Assembly: GCA_034433305.1 (NCBI GenBank)
Contig: DAOUAM010000053.1
Location: 15,145-79,144, forward strand
Length of the DNA: 64,000 nt
From: Dehalococcoidia bacterium
GTDB taxonomy: Bacteria > Chloroflexota > Dehalococcoidia > Lucifugimonadales > DAOUAM01
Direction of reading: 5' to 3'
Shown: positions 18,896-28,629 of the stretch, piece after piece
How the letters are laid out: every line of letters starts with the position of its first letter
Position numbering within the stretch: position 1 is the first letter of the stretch
The notes under the pieces: generated by a model
What the model was told of the DNA's origin: nothing
Seen by the model: the letters and a program-made list of their open reading frames with translations, nothing else
Database searches by the model: none
Made by a program: the position numbers and the translations under genes

Positions 18896-19513
18896 CTAGC
18901 TGCCGGCCAGCCCGCGCAGGTGCCCAGTCTCGTTGAGGGAGAGCACGGCCCTGCGGGCGTCCGAAAGCTCCAGCCGGGTGATGGACGCCAGGTCGTGGCG
19001 CAGACGTCGGAAGTGGGCGAGGGGCAGGTCCAGCACCGCGCACACGATAACGTGCATGGTGAAGTTATGTGTCACAGCCACCACCACGCCATCGGGGTGC
19101 TTGCTCCTGAGCTCCTCCACCGTGCGCCAGGCCCGCTCCTGCACCTGGCCCAGCGTCTCTCCACCGGGCGTCTGCGCGGTGCCAGCGTCCTCGTCCCATT
19201 GCTTTGCGAACTCAGGGAAGAGTTGGCGCAGCTCAGCGCCGGTGAGGCCCTCCAGCTTGCCGGCTTCCATTTCTCGAAAGCCGTCCAGGGGCGTGCAGGG
19301 CACTCCCAGCGCCTCCGAGATTATCTGCGCCGTCTCCAGGGCACGGGGCACAGTACTGGAGTAGAAGGCAAAGGGCAAGTCGTGCTCCAGCGCCCGCGCC
19401 AGTGCCGCCGCCTGCCGGCGTCCCAAGGGGCTGAGGGGGTCGGCATTGGTCCCCTGTACCCTGCCGTCCCTGTTCAGCCGGGTCTCCGCGTGCCTAACCA
19501 GTATTAGTCTCAA
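18896..19513 (-). CDS. histidine phosphatase family protein (phosphoglycerate-mutase-like)
   Basis: 205 aa with the MRLILVRHAETRLN RHG-type motif. It overlaps the upstream gene end by 20 nt. Confidence 0.8.
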   Translation of the reverse strand: MRLILVRHAETRLNRDGRVQGTNADPLSPLGRRQAAALARALEHDLPFAFYSSTVPRALETAQIISEALGVPCTPLDGFREMEAGKLEGLTGAELRQLFPEFAKQWDEDAGTAQTPGGETLGQVQERAWRTVEELRSKHPDGVVVAVTHNFTMHVIVCAVLDLPLAHFRRLRHDLASITRLELSDARRAVLSLNETGHLRGLAGS

Positions 19514-20783
19514 TGGGAGACCCGTCTCTGAGAGGCTGCTGCCTGGTTATTCTGATGGTCTCGATCTTGAGGTCGCGCATGCGGGTTACCTCGAACTTGA
19601 GGTTATCGTGCTCGAACTGCTCGCCCTCGGCGGGGATGTGGCCCAGCCTGTAGAGCACAAAGCCGGCTATGGTCTCGAAGTCGCCTTCGGGCAGGACAAT
19701 GCCCAACCCTTCCTCGACCTCCTGGACGGACATGCCGCCCTCCACTTCGAAGGTGTTCTCGTCAATGGCCTCGAACTCCTCCTCCGGGGTGGCGCCCTCC
19801 TCGCCCACGTGGCCGACGACCTCCTCCGTCAGCCGTTTCAGCGTCACCAGGCCGGCCACTCCGCCGAACTCGTCTATGGCGATAGCCATCTGATGGCCTG
19901 TGTGGCGCATCTCGTCGAAAAGCTCGGCGATGCGCTTGGTCTCGGGCACAAAGTGGGCTTCCCTGACCTCGACGGTCAAGGGCTGACTGTAGTCTATGCC
20001 GCCGGCCGCCAGGGACTTGAGGATGTCCTTGGTGGAGAGCACACCGATAATGTTGTCTATGGTCTCGCGGTGGACGGGAAACCGGCTGTGGGCATGCTCA
20101 GCATATACCTCCAGGAACTCCCCCAGGGTGGCGCCTTCCTCGATGGACACAATCTCGGTGCGTGGGGTCATGACCTCTCGCACCTGGCGGTCGCCGAAGC
20201 GGAAGACGTTCTCCAGCATCTCCGCCTCCACCGGCTCCACGGTGCCTTCCGCCTCGCCGATGTCAATGAGCGCCCGCAGCTCGGCCTCTGTGATGGAGTG
20301 GACCATGCCACTGGCCCCGCCAAAGAGGGAGCTAATGGCCCTGGAGAGCTTCTGAAGCACGAAGGCCAGGGGCAGCAGCAGGACCTCCGTCCAGCGCAGC
20401 GGCGTGGCTACCAGGAAGGCTACTCGCTCGGCGTGGTTGACGGCAACGGTCTTGGGCACTATCTCGCCCACCAGCAGCACCAGCAGGGTCGAGGCTGCCG
20501 TGGCTACTATGACACCCACGCCCCGGCCCAGGAGAGCGACGGCAATGGCTGTCACCAGGGATGTGAAGGCTATGTTGACCAGGTTGTTGGCCAGCAGCAC
20601 CGTGGACAGCAGCCGCTCCGGCCGCTCGATCATCTCGGCGATGCGCCTGGCCCCGGGCACGTGGGTGCTGACCAGGTGGGCTATCCTGGCCCTCTGAAGG
20701 GAAAGGAAGGCCGCCTCGGAGCTGGAGAAAAACGCCGAGAGCGCCAGGAAGGCAAAGCCCAAGACAATCAGCATTCGGTCCAT
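19494..20783 (-). CDS. CNNM/HlyC-CorC family membrane protein (DUF21 - CBS pair - CorC_HlyC)
   Basis: Hydrophobic N-terminal DUF21-like region, a CBS-pair region and a C-terminal FEVTRMRDLKIETIRI-type domain. The likely start is ATG 20783 (MDRMLIVLG); the track start is 20864. Confidence 0.8.
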   Translation of the reverse strand: MDRMLIVLGFAFLALSAFFSSSEAAFLSLQRARIAHLVSTHVPGARRIAEMIERPERLLSTVLLANNLVNIAFTSLVTAIAVALLGRGVGVIVATAASTLLVLLVGEIVPKTVAVNHAERVAFLVATPLRWTEVLLLPLAFVLQKLSRAISSLFGGASGMVHSITEAELRALIDIGEAEGTVEPVEAEMLENVFRFGDRQVREVMTPRTEIVSIEEGATLGEFLEVYAEHAHSRFPVHRETIDNIIGVLSTKDILKSLAAGGIDYSQPLTVEVREAHFVPETKRIAELFDEMRHTGHQMAIAIDEFGGVAGLVTLKRLTEEVVGHVGEEGATPEEEFEAIDENTFEVEGGMSVQEVEEGLGIVLPEGDFETIAGFVLYRLGHIPAEGEQFEHDNLKFEVTRMRDLKIETIRITRQQPLRDGSPIETNTG

Positions 20784-20979
20784 GCTATGGCCGCACCTCT
20801 CGGCCCGGCGGGACGCTGGCAGCCTGTACCCTCCGGAGCGATGCCCCACACGGGCTGGAAGCACACAGGAAGTGCCGTCGCAGGACAGTCAGCGCCCGGC
20901 GTAATGGAGGTCTGTCCTGGCCCTGAGTGGGTGCTGATGTGTCTTCCATGGGTGTGACCCTCCCCAGACAGCGAAAGCG

Positions 20980-21462
20980 TTACTCCTGGCCGGCAGGCTT
21001 TCGCTCGCTCCAGAGTCGGTCAATGACGCGGCGGATAGCGGAGGGGCCAAAGCCCCTGCGCTGAAGGTAAGCAGCCATCCGGCGGCTGAAAGTGACAAAA
21101 TCAGCGGACTGAAGGCGGGGGAGGTATTTTTGACCGGCGCGGAGGGCGTTCTCGTCGTCATCCATGCCCCGGACGGCCTCCGCCGCCAAGTCGCTAGCGA
21201 TACCCCTGGAGACAAGCTCTCGCTTCACCGCCGAGGCACTGCGGGGCTTGAGGGACTCGCGGCTGTCCCGCCACAGGCGCGCGAAGGCTTCATCGTCCAG
21301 GAGGGCCTGCTCCTGACGGAGGGCCGCCACCACCTGCTCCACCACCTGGGGAGCGAACTTGCGAGACAAACGCGCCCTCACCTCTGCCTCGGTCCTTGGC
21401 CGGTACGAGATGAACCGCAAGGCAGTGGCGCTGGCGCGTTCAAAGGACTCGCTATCGTTCAT
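20980..21462 (-). CDS. recX: recombination regulator RecX
   Basis: 160-aa helical-repeat protein directly downstream of recA, beginning ALRFISYRPRTEAEVRARL. Confidence 0.8.
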   Translation of the reverse strand: MNDSESFERASATALRFISYRPRTEAEVRARLSRKFAPQVVEQVVAALRQEQALLDDEAFARLWRDSRESLKPRSASAVKRELVSRGIASDLAAEAVRGMDDDENALRAGQKYLPRLQSADFVTFSRRMAAYLQRRGFGPSAIRRVIDRLWSERKPAGQE

Positions 21463-21526
21463 TGGCGGCCCGGACGACTCCTGTGCTGCAAACTGCCAGG
21501 ACGGTAAAAGGCAAGGGCCGGGCCAG

Positions 21527-22585
21527 CTAGTTAAACTCCTCAGAAGCTGCGGCCACGGGTACAGCGCCGTCGGTCTCCTCTTCCACGGCGACGGGACGCG
21601 CGTCGGTCTTGCTGCGGATGACGCTTTCGATCTGCTCGGAGATGTCCTTGTGTTCCTTCAGGAACGTCTTGGCGTTCTCGCGGCCCTGGCCCAGCCGGAC
21701 CTCGCCGAAGGTGTAGAAGGCGCCGCTCTTCTTGATGACGTCCAGGCCCACGGCCAGGTCAATCAGGTCGCCCTCCTTGCTGACACCCTCGTTGAACATG
21801 ATATCAAACTCAGCGACCCGGAAGGGCGGGGCGACCTTGTTCTTCACCACGCGCGCCCTTACACGGTTGCCCACGATCTCCGAGCCCTGCTTGATGGACT
21901 CCAGGCGGCGCAGGTCAATGCGGACAGAGCTATAGAACTTGAGCGCCCTGCCGCCGGGCGTGACCTCGGGGCTGCCCCAGATGACTCCGACCTTCTCGCG
22001 GATCTGGTTAATGAATATGACAGCGGTGTTGGAGCGGCTGATGGCGGCTGTCAGCTTGCGGAGCGCCTGGGACATGAGGCGCGCCTGAAGGCCCACATGG
22101 GAGTCGCCCATGTCGCCCTCCAGCTCGGCCTTGGGCACCATGGCTGCCACGCTGTCAATGACCACTACGTCAACGGCGCCGCTGCGCACCAGGTACTCGC
22201 AAATCTCCAGGGCTTGCTCCGCGGTATCGGGCTGCGCCACCAGCAGGCTATCAATGTTGACACCGCAGCGAGCGGCGTAGCCGGGGTCCAGGGCATGCTC
22301 GGCGTCTATGTACGCGGCGGTGCCTCCAGACCGCTGGGCCGCCGCCATCACGTGGAACGCCACAGTGGACTTGCCCGACGACTCGGCCCCGAAGACCTCG
22401 GTTACCCGCCCCCTGGGAATGCCGCCAACGCCAAGAGCAAGGTCCAGGGAAATGGAGCCGGTGGATATGGACTGGACGCGGGCCGTGCGGCCGGACTCGC
22501 CCAGCCTCACAATGGTGCCGCGCCCGAAGTGGCGGTCTATCTGCCCAATGGCTAGCTCCAGGGCCTTCGCCTTATCTGTCGTCAT
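21527..22585 (-). CDS. recA: recombinase A
   Basis: 352 aa with GAESSGKST Walker A and [11 protein letters not shown]. Unambiguous RecA. Confidence 0.97.
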   Translation of the reverse strand: MTTDKAKALELAIGQIDRHFGRGTIVRLGESGRTARVQSISTGSISLDLALGVGGIPRGRVTEVFGAESSGKSTVAFHVMAAAQRSGGTAAYIDAEHALDPGYAARCGVNIDSLLVAQPDTAEQALEICEYLVRSGAVDVVVIDSVAAMVPKAELEGDMGDSHVGLQARLMSQALRKLTAAISRSNTAVIFINQIREKVGVIWGSPEVTPGGRALKFYSSVRIDLRRLESIKQGSEIVGNRVRARVVKNKVAPPFRVAEFDIMFNEGVSKEGDLIDLAVGLDVIKKSGAFYTFGEVRLGQGRENAKTFLKEHKDISEQIESVIRSKTDARPVAVEEETDGAVPVAAASEEFN

Positions 22586-22623
22586 GTTTTACCTTCCAGT
22601 CAATAAGCTCCGGCGGCAACGCT

Positions 22624-22652
22624 ATCATAGCATGGGTACACCCCGCGCTCAA
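22624..22652 (-). promoter_or_regulatory. candidate recA promoter
   Basis: On the minus strand: TTGAGC (22652-22647), 17 nt, TATGAT (22629-22624). It lies about 40 nt before the recA ATG. Confidence 0.45.
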
Positions 22653-22778
22653 GCGTTCTTCGGGCGCATGGTGCCCGGCGCCGTCCAACGCTATACCGTG
22701 AGAGTCAGCCCTCCTGGGCGGGCTGGCCCCATACAGCACATTCTAGCACCTTCACCGGCCGGAGTAAATACATTTGTT

Positions 22779-23507
22779 CTATTTTTCTGCCAGGAATCGC
22801 AATAGTGTTGCGGCGTTGCGGACGGCGTGGCCGCCGATGTCGTTATTGAAGTAGGCGTACACTCGGCGCAAGTCGCCCAGTCCGGCAATGCGCCGCGCCC
22901 ACTCCTGTAGCTGCTGGTCAGTATAGCTTCCGGCGTACCGGGCTGTCGTGCCGTGAAAGCGCACGTAGGCGAAGTCCGCGGTCGCCACGTCCGGCGGCCC
23001 AGAGCCGGCCATGTCGTGGAGGCACAGGGCCACGTTGTGACGACGCAGCAGGTGGAAGACCGGGGCGGCATACCACTCCTTGTTGCGGAACTCCAGGACG
23101 TGTCGCAGGTCTGCGGGCAGCAGCGCCAGAAAATCGCCCAGCAGCGTCTCGTCACGGCCCATGCCAGGCGGCAACTGGTACAGGATGGGGCCGAGCCTGT
23201 CCCCCAGGACGCGGGCGCGGCCGATGAACGCCTCCAGCGGCTCCCGGACGTCCCGCAGCCTCTTCAGGTGAGTGACCAGCCGGCTGGCCTTGACGGCAAA
23301 GAGGAAGCCCGGCGGCGTGCGCCTGCGCCAGGAGTCGAAGGTCTTCTCCGGCGGCAGCCTGTAGAAGGTGCTGTTGAGCTCCACCGTGGCGAAGCGCTGG
23401 GCGTAGTACTCCAGCCACCGGGCCTGGGCAAGCCCAGGCGGGTAGAACACGTCCCGCCAGTGCTTGTAGGAAAAGCCGCTGGTGCCTACGAGGTACTGGA
23501 CAGCCAT
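22779..23507 (-). CDS. DUF72 family protein
   Basis: GTSGFSYKHWRDVFYP is a typical DUF72 N-terminus. The likely start is ATG 23507; the track start is 23597. Confidence 0.75.
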   Translation of the reverse strand: MAVQYLVGTSGFSYKHWRDVFYPPGLAQARWLEYYAQRFATVELNSTFYRLPPEKTFDSWRRRTPPGFLFAVKASRLVTHLKRLRDVREPLEAFIGRARVLGDRLGPILYQLPPGMGRDETLLGDFLALLPADLRHVLEFRNKEWYAAPVFHLLRRHNVALCLHDMAGSGPPDVATADFAYVRFHGTTARYAGSYTDQQLQEWARRIAGLGDLRRVYAYFNNDIGGHAVRNAATLLRFLAEK

Positions 23508-23524
23508 GGGACACGGGCCGGGCG

Positions 23525-24337
23525 TCAGTGCTCCATTATCGTGCCGCCGTTGATGTTGATGGACTGGCCGTGTATCCAGGAGGCGGCCCTGGTGCACAGG
23601 TAGGCGATGAACTCGCCCACCTCCTCATCAGTGCCGTTGCGGCCGATGGGCGTGGCGGCTGCCATCTGCTGCCAGCGCTCGCCCCTGCCCAGGTCGTCCA
23701 TGCGGGAGGTGTCCACGGCGCCGGGGCAGACGCAGTTGACGTTGATGCCATATGGGCCAAGCTCCCGGGCCATGGACTGGGTCATGCCCACGATGGCGAA
23801 GTTGGCGGCGTTGTAGGCCAGCGTGTTGGGGCTGCCCCTCTTGCCGGCCGTGGAGGACACGTTGACGATCTTGCCCCCCTGCCCCTGGTCCACCAGCACC
23901 TTGACCACCGCCCTGGTGCACAGGAAGGTGCCGGTGACCTTGACCTCCCATACCCTCTTGAAAATCTGCTCATCCAGTTGCAGGATTGGCACCCGGTCAG
24001 GCCCACGGGCAAAGGCGGCGTTGTTCACCAGGATGTCCACCCTTCCGAACTCCTCCAGGGTGCGCTCCACCATCCTCTGGACCTGCTGGCTGCTAGTCAC
24101 GTCCACCACCAGCGGCAGGGCGCGGCGTTCCGTGGCGCGCACCTGCTCGGCGGTGCTCTCGATGTCCCTCCAGCCGACGGCCTTCTCGTCCTCCGGGAAG
24201 GTCGCCGGGTTGCGGCCCGTGCCGGTGACCACCACGTCGGCCCCCAGCCTGGCCAGCGCGACGGCTGCCGCTCTGCCGATGCCACGCAACCGCCCTGCTC
24301 CGGTTACGATAGCTACCTTTCCATCCAGCTCGCCCAT
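23525..24337 (-). CDS. SDR-family oxidoreductase with an atypical Y-x3-N active-site motif
   Basis: The likely start is ATG 24337 (MGELDGKVAIVTGAG), preceded by AAGGGGG. NNAA and the catalytic Ser are present, but the Tyr motif reads LAYNAANF, with Asn where Lys is expected. Confidence 0.8.
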   Translation of the reverse strand: MGELDGKVAIVTGAGRLRGIGRAAAVALARLGADVVVTGTGRNPATFPEDEKAVGWRDIESTAEQVRATERRALPLVVDVTSSQQVQRMVERTLEEFGRVDILVNNAAFARGPDRVPILQLDEQIFKRVWEVKVTGTFLCTRAVVKVLVDQGQGGKIVNVSSTAGKRGSPNTLAYNAANFAIVGMTQSMARELGPYGINVNCVCPGAVDTSRMDDLGRGERWQQMAAATPIGRNGTDEEVGEFIAYLCTRAASWIHGQSININGGTIMEH

Positions 24338-24378
24338 TTCTGCCCCCTTCGCTGCCAGCGAGATTCTTCTGGCAAGAC

Positions 24379-24408
24379 AGTATAGCTTCCTCTGACGGCT
24401 CCCGTAAA
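24379..24408 (-). promoter_or_regulatory. candidate promoter of the SDR gene
   Basis: On the minus strand: TTTACG (24408-24403), 18 nt, TATACT (24384-24379). Confidence 0.35.
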
Positions 24409-24420
24409 CGACGAAGCCAG

Positions 24421-24450
24421 TTGTATTACCTTCCGAGGCCATAATAAAAT
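24421..24450 (+). promoter_or_regulatory. candidate promoter of the 2-oxoacid dehydrogenase operon
   Basis: TTGTAT (24421-24426), 18 nt, TAAAAT (24445-24450). It lies about 55 nt before ATG 24505. Confidence 0.4.
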
Positions 24451-24504
24451 GGGCTTACCTCCACTGTTACGCTGACGGCCCGCTGCCGCCGGAGTTGGTG
24501 TCCT

Positions 24505-25533
24505 ATGGGAGATGCTGATAGCAACATAGCTGGGCTGAAGGCTGCTGACCAGAGGGCGACCGCCGGCCTGGACACCAAGGACCTGCTGGAGATGTACCGG
24601 CAGATGGTGCTGTGCCGCACTCTGGACGAGCGCATCTGGCAGTTGAACCGCCAGGGCAAGGCGGCCATCGTAGCCTCGGCCCAGGGCCACGAGGCGGCCC
24701 AGATAGGCAGCGTGTGGGCGCTGCGGCGGGGCCAGGACAACTTCTTCATCTACTACCGCGACCTGGCTGTGCTCCTGACCCTGGGCCTGACGCCCAGGGA
24801 GATCATGCTGGGCTTCCTGGCCAGGGCCGGCGAGCCGCTGAGCGGCGCCCGCCAGTTCCCCACCCACGGCGCCTTGCCCCGCCTGCGGCTGTACAACCTG
24901 TCCAACGTGGTCGCCACCCAGGTGCCCCAGGCCGTCGGCGCGGCCCTGGCCTCCAGGATGCGCGGCGAGGACGCTGTCACCATCGTTTACTTTGGCGACG
25001 GCGCCTCCAGCGTTGGCGACTGCCACGAGGGGATGAACTTCGCCGGCATCCACAAGCTGCCCGTCATATTCTTCTGCGAGAACAACCGCTACGCCATCTC
25101 GGTGCCCCTGCACAGGCAGATGGCGGTAGAGAGCGTCGCCAGCAGGGCCGCCGGCTACGGCTTCCCCGGCGTCTCCGTGGACGGCACCGATATCGTGGCC
25201 GTGTACGAGGCCACGGCGGAGGCAGCCAGGCGGGCGCGCGCCGGCAAAGGCCCTACCCTCATCGAGGCCATGGTGGAGCGCTACCTTCCCCACACCAGCG
25301 ACGACGATGACCGGCGCTACCGCGCGCGGGAGGAGGTAGCCGAGGCCCGCAAGCGCGACCCGCTGAAGATACTGAGGGAGCGCCTGATGGGCCTGGGGGT
25401 GCTTACCGAGGACATGGACCAGCAACTCCAGGCCGCCGCCCGGAAGGAGGTCAACGAGGCCACCGAGTACGTGGAGGCGGCGCCATATCCCACCACCCAG
25501 GGCTTCTTCGACCACGTTTATGCTTCACCCTGA
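24505..25533 (+). CDS. 2-oxoacid (branched-chain/pyruvate type) dehydrogenase E1 alpha subunit
   Basis: 342 aa. The ThDP motif reads GDGASSVGDCHEGMNFAGIHKLPVIFFCENNRYAIS. Confidence 0.85.
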   Translation: MGDADSNIAGLKAADQRATAGLDTKDLLEMYRQMVLCRTLDERIWQLNRQGKAAIVASAQGHEAAQIGSVWALRRGQDNFFIYYRDLAVLLTLGLTPREIMLGFLARAGEPLSGARQFPTHGALPRLRLYNLSNVVATQVPQAVGAALASRMRGEDAVTIVYFGDGASSVGDCHEGMNFAGIHKLPVIFFCENNRYAISVPLHRQMAVESVASRAAGYGFPGVSVDGTDIVAVYEATAEAARRARAGKGPTLIEAMVERYLPHTSDDDDRRYRAREEVAEARKRDPLKILRERLMGLGVLTEDMDQQLQAAARKEVNEATEYVEAAPYPTTQGFFDHVYASP

Positions 25534-25584
25534 GCATGAGGCGGCGCCAGAGGCCGCGGGAGGTGCGCCATCGCCGTAAAGACG

Positions 25585-26553
25585 GTGCTGGAAGCCATAC
25601 GGGACGCCATGCGCGAGGAGATGGAGCGCGATGAGCGCGTCTTCGTCATGGGCGAGGACATCGGCGCCAGGGGAGGCGTGTTCCTGGCTACCGAAGGCTT
25701 CCTCCAGCAGTTCGGCGAGGGCCGGGTGATTGACACGCCGCTGGCCGAGTCCTCCATCGCTGGCATTGCCCTGGGGGCTGCCCTCAACGGCATGCGCCCC
25801 ATCGCCGAAATCGAGTTCGCCGACTTCATCTGGCCGACCATCAACCAGCTTGTGGGCGAGGCGGCCCGCGCCCGCTATGGCTCCGACGGCAAGGTGGGCG
25901 TGCCACTGGTGGTCAGGGCACCCTACGGCGGCGGCGTCCGGGGCGCGCTGTACCACTCCCAGAGCGTGGAGGTCGTCTTTGCCCACACGCCGGGGCTGAA
26001 GGTGGTCGCCCCGGCCACTCCCTACGACGCCAAGGGGCTGCTCAAGAGCGCCATCCGGGACAATGACCCGGTCATCTTCCTGGAGCACAAGCGCACCTAC
26101 AGGCTGGTGAGGGGCGAGGTGCCCGACCAGGAGTACACGCTGCCCATGGGCAAGGCCGACGTGAAAGTCCAGGGCTCGGATGTCAGCGTCATTTCCTATG
26201 GCCTGGTGCTACACTACTGTATCGAGGCGGCCCGCAACCTGGCCCAGGAGGGCATCAGCGTGGAAGTGGTGGACCTGCGCACCCTGAGGCCGCTGGACAG
26301 GGATACCATCCTCCAGTCGGTGAAGAAGACAGGCAAGGCCCTGATAGCCTACGAGGACAACAAGGCGCTGGGAGTGGGCGCCGAGGTGGCCGCACTGATA
26401 GCCGAGGAAGCCTTCGAGTACCTGGACGGCCCGGTGACACGGCTGGCGGGGCCTGAGGTGCCTGCCATGCCCTTCAGCCCGCCCCTGGAGGCCATGTTCA
26501 TGCTGGACACGGGCAAGGTCACCGACGCCATACGCAAGCTGGCGGCCTACTGA
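25585..26553 (+). CDS. 2-oxoacid dehydrogenase E1 beta subunit
   Basis: EAIRDAMREEMERDERVFVMGEDIG is a typical E1-beta N-terminus. The track start is GTG 25585. An in-frame ATC at 25570 with GGGAGG 6 nt upstream may be the true start (see findings). Confidence 0.9.
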   Translation: MLEAIRDAMREEMERDERVFVMGEDIGARGGVFLATEGFLQQFGEGRVIDTPLAESSIAGIALGAALNGMRPIAEIEFADFIWPTINQLVGEAARARYGSDGKVGVPLVVRAPYGGGVRGALYHSQSVEVVFAHTPGLKVVAPATPYDAKGLLKSAIRDNDPVIFLEHKRTYRLVRGEVPDQEYTLPMGKADVKVQGSDVSVISYGLVLHYCIEAARNLAQEGISVEVVDLRTLRPLDRDTILQSVKKTGKALIAYEDNKALGVGAEVAALIAEEAFEYLDGPVTRLAGPEVPAMPFSPPLEAMFMLDTGKVTDAIRKLAAY

Positions 26554-26584
26554 GGGTATATAGCAAGACCTCCTTGTGGGCGCA

Positions 26585-26735
26585 GGCTTCACCCATTCCC
26601 TCGACAGGCCCGGGCCTGCCCTGAGCGTGCCGAAGGGGCAGGCTCTGGCCTTCCCCACTGGGGATGGGACTGTTCTCGCCCCCTTTGGGGGAGAGTCAGA
26701 CCCGTCCTGAGCCTGCCGAAGGAGAGGGGGCAAAC
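26585..26735. repeat. REP-like composite intergenic element (family A, two cores)
   Basis: Starts with GGCTTCACCC. Cores are CCTGCCCTGAGCGTGCCGAAGGGG (26615-26638, within the hairpin GCCTGCCC...GGGCAGGC) and CCTGAGCCTGCCGAAGGAG (26706-26724, 19/19 identical to 18837-18855). Also holds CCCC-act-GGGG and CCCCC-ttt-GGGGG hairpins. Confidence 0.65.
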
Positions 26736-26820
26736 GTTGGCATCTGAAAGTGTATATCAATTCAGACTACCTGCTTTGAAGGCCGTCGGCCCGGCTGGAT
26801 ACAACCCTGACCGCTGACAG

Positions 26821-28164
26821 GTGAAGGCGATGGCTACTCTCAGAATCGAGCTCCCCCACGTGGGAGAGTCAGTCACCGAGGGCATCATCAACAAGTGGCT
26901 CAAAAGAGTCGGCGACCGGGTGGAGAAGTACGAGCCGCTGGCCGAGGTGGTCACCGACAAGGTCACTATGGAGATGCCATCCCCTGCCAGCGGCGTGCTG
27001 ACCAGGCTGCTGGCCCAGGAGGGGCAGACAGTCCCCATGGGCACGGTCATTGCCGAGATGGAGGTGGAAGGCGCGGTGACGCCCGAGGCGCCCCAGAGGG
27101 AGGCCCCGGCAGCGGCCGCCGCGCCGGCCTCGCGGCCAGCCCAGGAGGTAGACCGCATTGGGGTGCTGCTGAAGGACGTGGCGCCCGTCGGCCCCACCGG
27201 CTCGGGCGCGCCGGTGGCCGAGGCGGCGCCCCCGGCGGAGGCGCCGCGCCACCAGCGCTACTCGCCAGCGGTCCAGCGCCTGGCCGCCGAGCACGGCGTT
27301 GACCTCTCCCGCGTAACCGGCACGGGCATCGGCGGCCGGGTGACCCGCAAGGACGTGGAAAACTACATCTCGTCCATGGCCGGGAGAGAGGCGGCGCCGG
27401 CAGCGCCAGGGCCAGTGCCCACCCCTGCCCCAGCACGTGCGCCCGTAGAGGCCGCGCCCGTGGCGCCAGACGAGGAGCGTGTGCCCCTGACGCCCGTCCG
27501 GCGCATGATCGCCGAGCACATGGTCAAGAGCGCCTCCCAGATACCAGCCGCCTGGAGCATCGTGGAGGTGGACGTCACCGGCCTGGTGCAGCGGCGGGAA
27601 GCCCTCAAGGCGGAGTTCCAGCGCAGGGAGGGCATCAACCTCACATACCTGCCTTTCGTGGTCAAGGCCGTGGCCGAGTCCCTGAGGGAGCACCCGCTGC
27701 TCAACTCCTCCTGGGGCGGCGACGCCATCATCCTGAAGCGCCGCATCAATATCGGCATCGCCGTCTCCACGGAGTACGGGCTGGTAGTGCCCGTGGTCCA
27801 CGATGCTGACACCCTGAGCATCGCCGGGCTGGCCAGGGCCATGGACGCCCTCACCACCCGCGCGCGCCAGGGCAAGCTGGCCCTGGCCGATGTCCAGGGC
27901 GGGACCTTCACCGTGAACAACACTGGCGCGCTGGGCTCGGTGGTATCGCAGCCCATCATCAACCATCCCCAGGCCGCCATCCTGACCACCGAGGCCATCG
28001 TCAAGCGGCCTGTGGCCATCAACGACGCCATCGCCATCCGCTCCATGATGAACATCTGCCTCACCTTCGACCACCGGGTCATGGACGGCGCTGAAGCCTC
28101 GGCCTTCATGGCCTCAGTCAAGCGCCGGCTGGAGGCCATTGGCCCCGGTACCGGTATATACTGA
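26821..28164 (+). CDS. dihydrolipoamide acyltransferase E2
   Basis: 447 aa. Lipoyl domain (EVVTDKVTMEMPSPASG), Ala/Pro linkers, subunit-binding domain (SPAVQRLAAEHGVDLS) and catalytic DHRVMDG. Confidence 0.9.
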   Translation: MKAMATLRIELPHVGESVTEGIINKWLKRVGDRVEKYEPLAEVVTDKVTMEMPSPASGVLTRLLAQEGQTVPMGTVIAEMEVEGAVTPEAPQREAPAAAAAPASRPAQEVDRIGVLLKDVAPVGPTGSGAPVAEAAPPAEAPRHQRYSPAVQRLAAEHGVDLSRVTGTGIGGRVTRKDVENYISSMAGREAAPAAPGPVPTPAPARAPVEAAPVAPDEERVPLTPVRRMIAEHMVKSASQIPAAWSIVEVDVTGLVQRREALKAEFQRREGINLTYLPFVVKAVAESLREHPLLNSSWGGDAIILKRRINIGIAVSTEYGLVVPVVHDADTLSIAGLARAMDALTTRARQGKLALADVQGGTFTVNNTGALGSVVSQPIINHPQAAILTTEAIVKRPVAINDAIAIRSMMNICLTFDHRVMDGAEASAFMASVKRRLEAIGPGTGIY

Positions 28165-28187
28165 TGGGACAGGAGGGGAGATTCGGG

Positions 28188-28607
28188 ATGGTGCTACAGA
28201 AGCGGATAGAGGTAGGCCGGGGCAAAGCAGAGGGGGAGTTCCTGTCCATCGCCACCTATCTACCCCTGAGGCGCTGGCGCGACGTCCGCGCCTTCATGCG
28301 CATGTCCTCCCAGGTGGAACGGCAGTTGAGGGGTACGCCGGGCCTTGTCAGGTACGGACTGCGGGCCAATCTGCTGTGCAAGCGCTTCTGGACGCTCTCC
28401 GTGTGGGACGCCAGGGGGCCCGTCAGGGCCTTCGTCGGCGCTGGGCCTCACGAAGTTGCAGTCCAGAGGTTCGCGGACTGGGCCGGAGAGGGCGCCGCCT
28501 TCGTCGAGTGGACGTCCAGTGACGGGCGACTCGACTGGAAGGAGGCGCTGGAGCGCCTGAAGAGTCCCTCCTTCACCTACAAGCCCCCCAGGCCCCGAGA
28601 AAAGTGA
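28188..28607 (+). CDS. small DUF3291/ABM-like (dimeric alpha-beta barrel) protein; function unknown
   Basis: AGGAGGGGAG lies before ATG 28188. LSVWDARGPVRAFVGAGPHEVAVQRF resembles the DUF3291 core. This family call is memory-based and weak. Confidence 0.45.
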   Translation: MVLQKRIEVGRGKAEGEFLSIATYLPLRRWRDVRAFMRMSSQVERQLRGTPGLVRYGLRANLLCKRFWTLSVWDARGPVRAFVGAGPHEVAVQRFADWAGEGAAFVEWTSSDGRLDWKEALERLKSPSFTYKPPRPREK

Positions 28608-28629
28608 GGCTGGAGGTCTTTCCGGGCTG

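Noticed and set aside
22647-22779. LexA/SOS boxes near recA: GAACGCTTGAGC (22658-22647, overlapping the -35) and GAACAAATGTAT (22779-22768).
   Set aside because: Each has two mismatches in the second half of the GAAC-N4-GTTC (Cheo-type) palindrome. Matches this weak are expected by chance, and I cannot confirm which LexA motif this organism uses.
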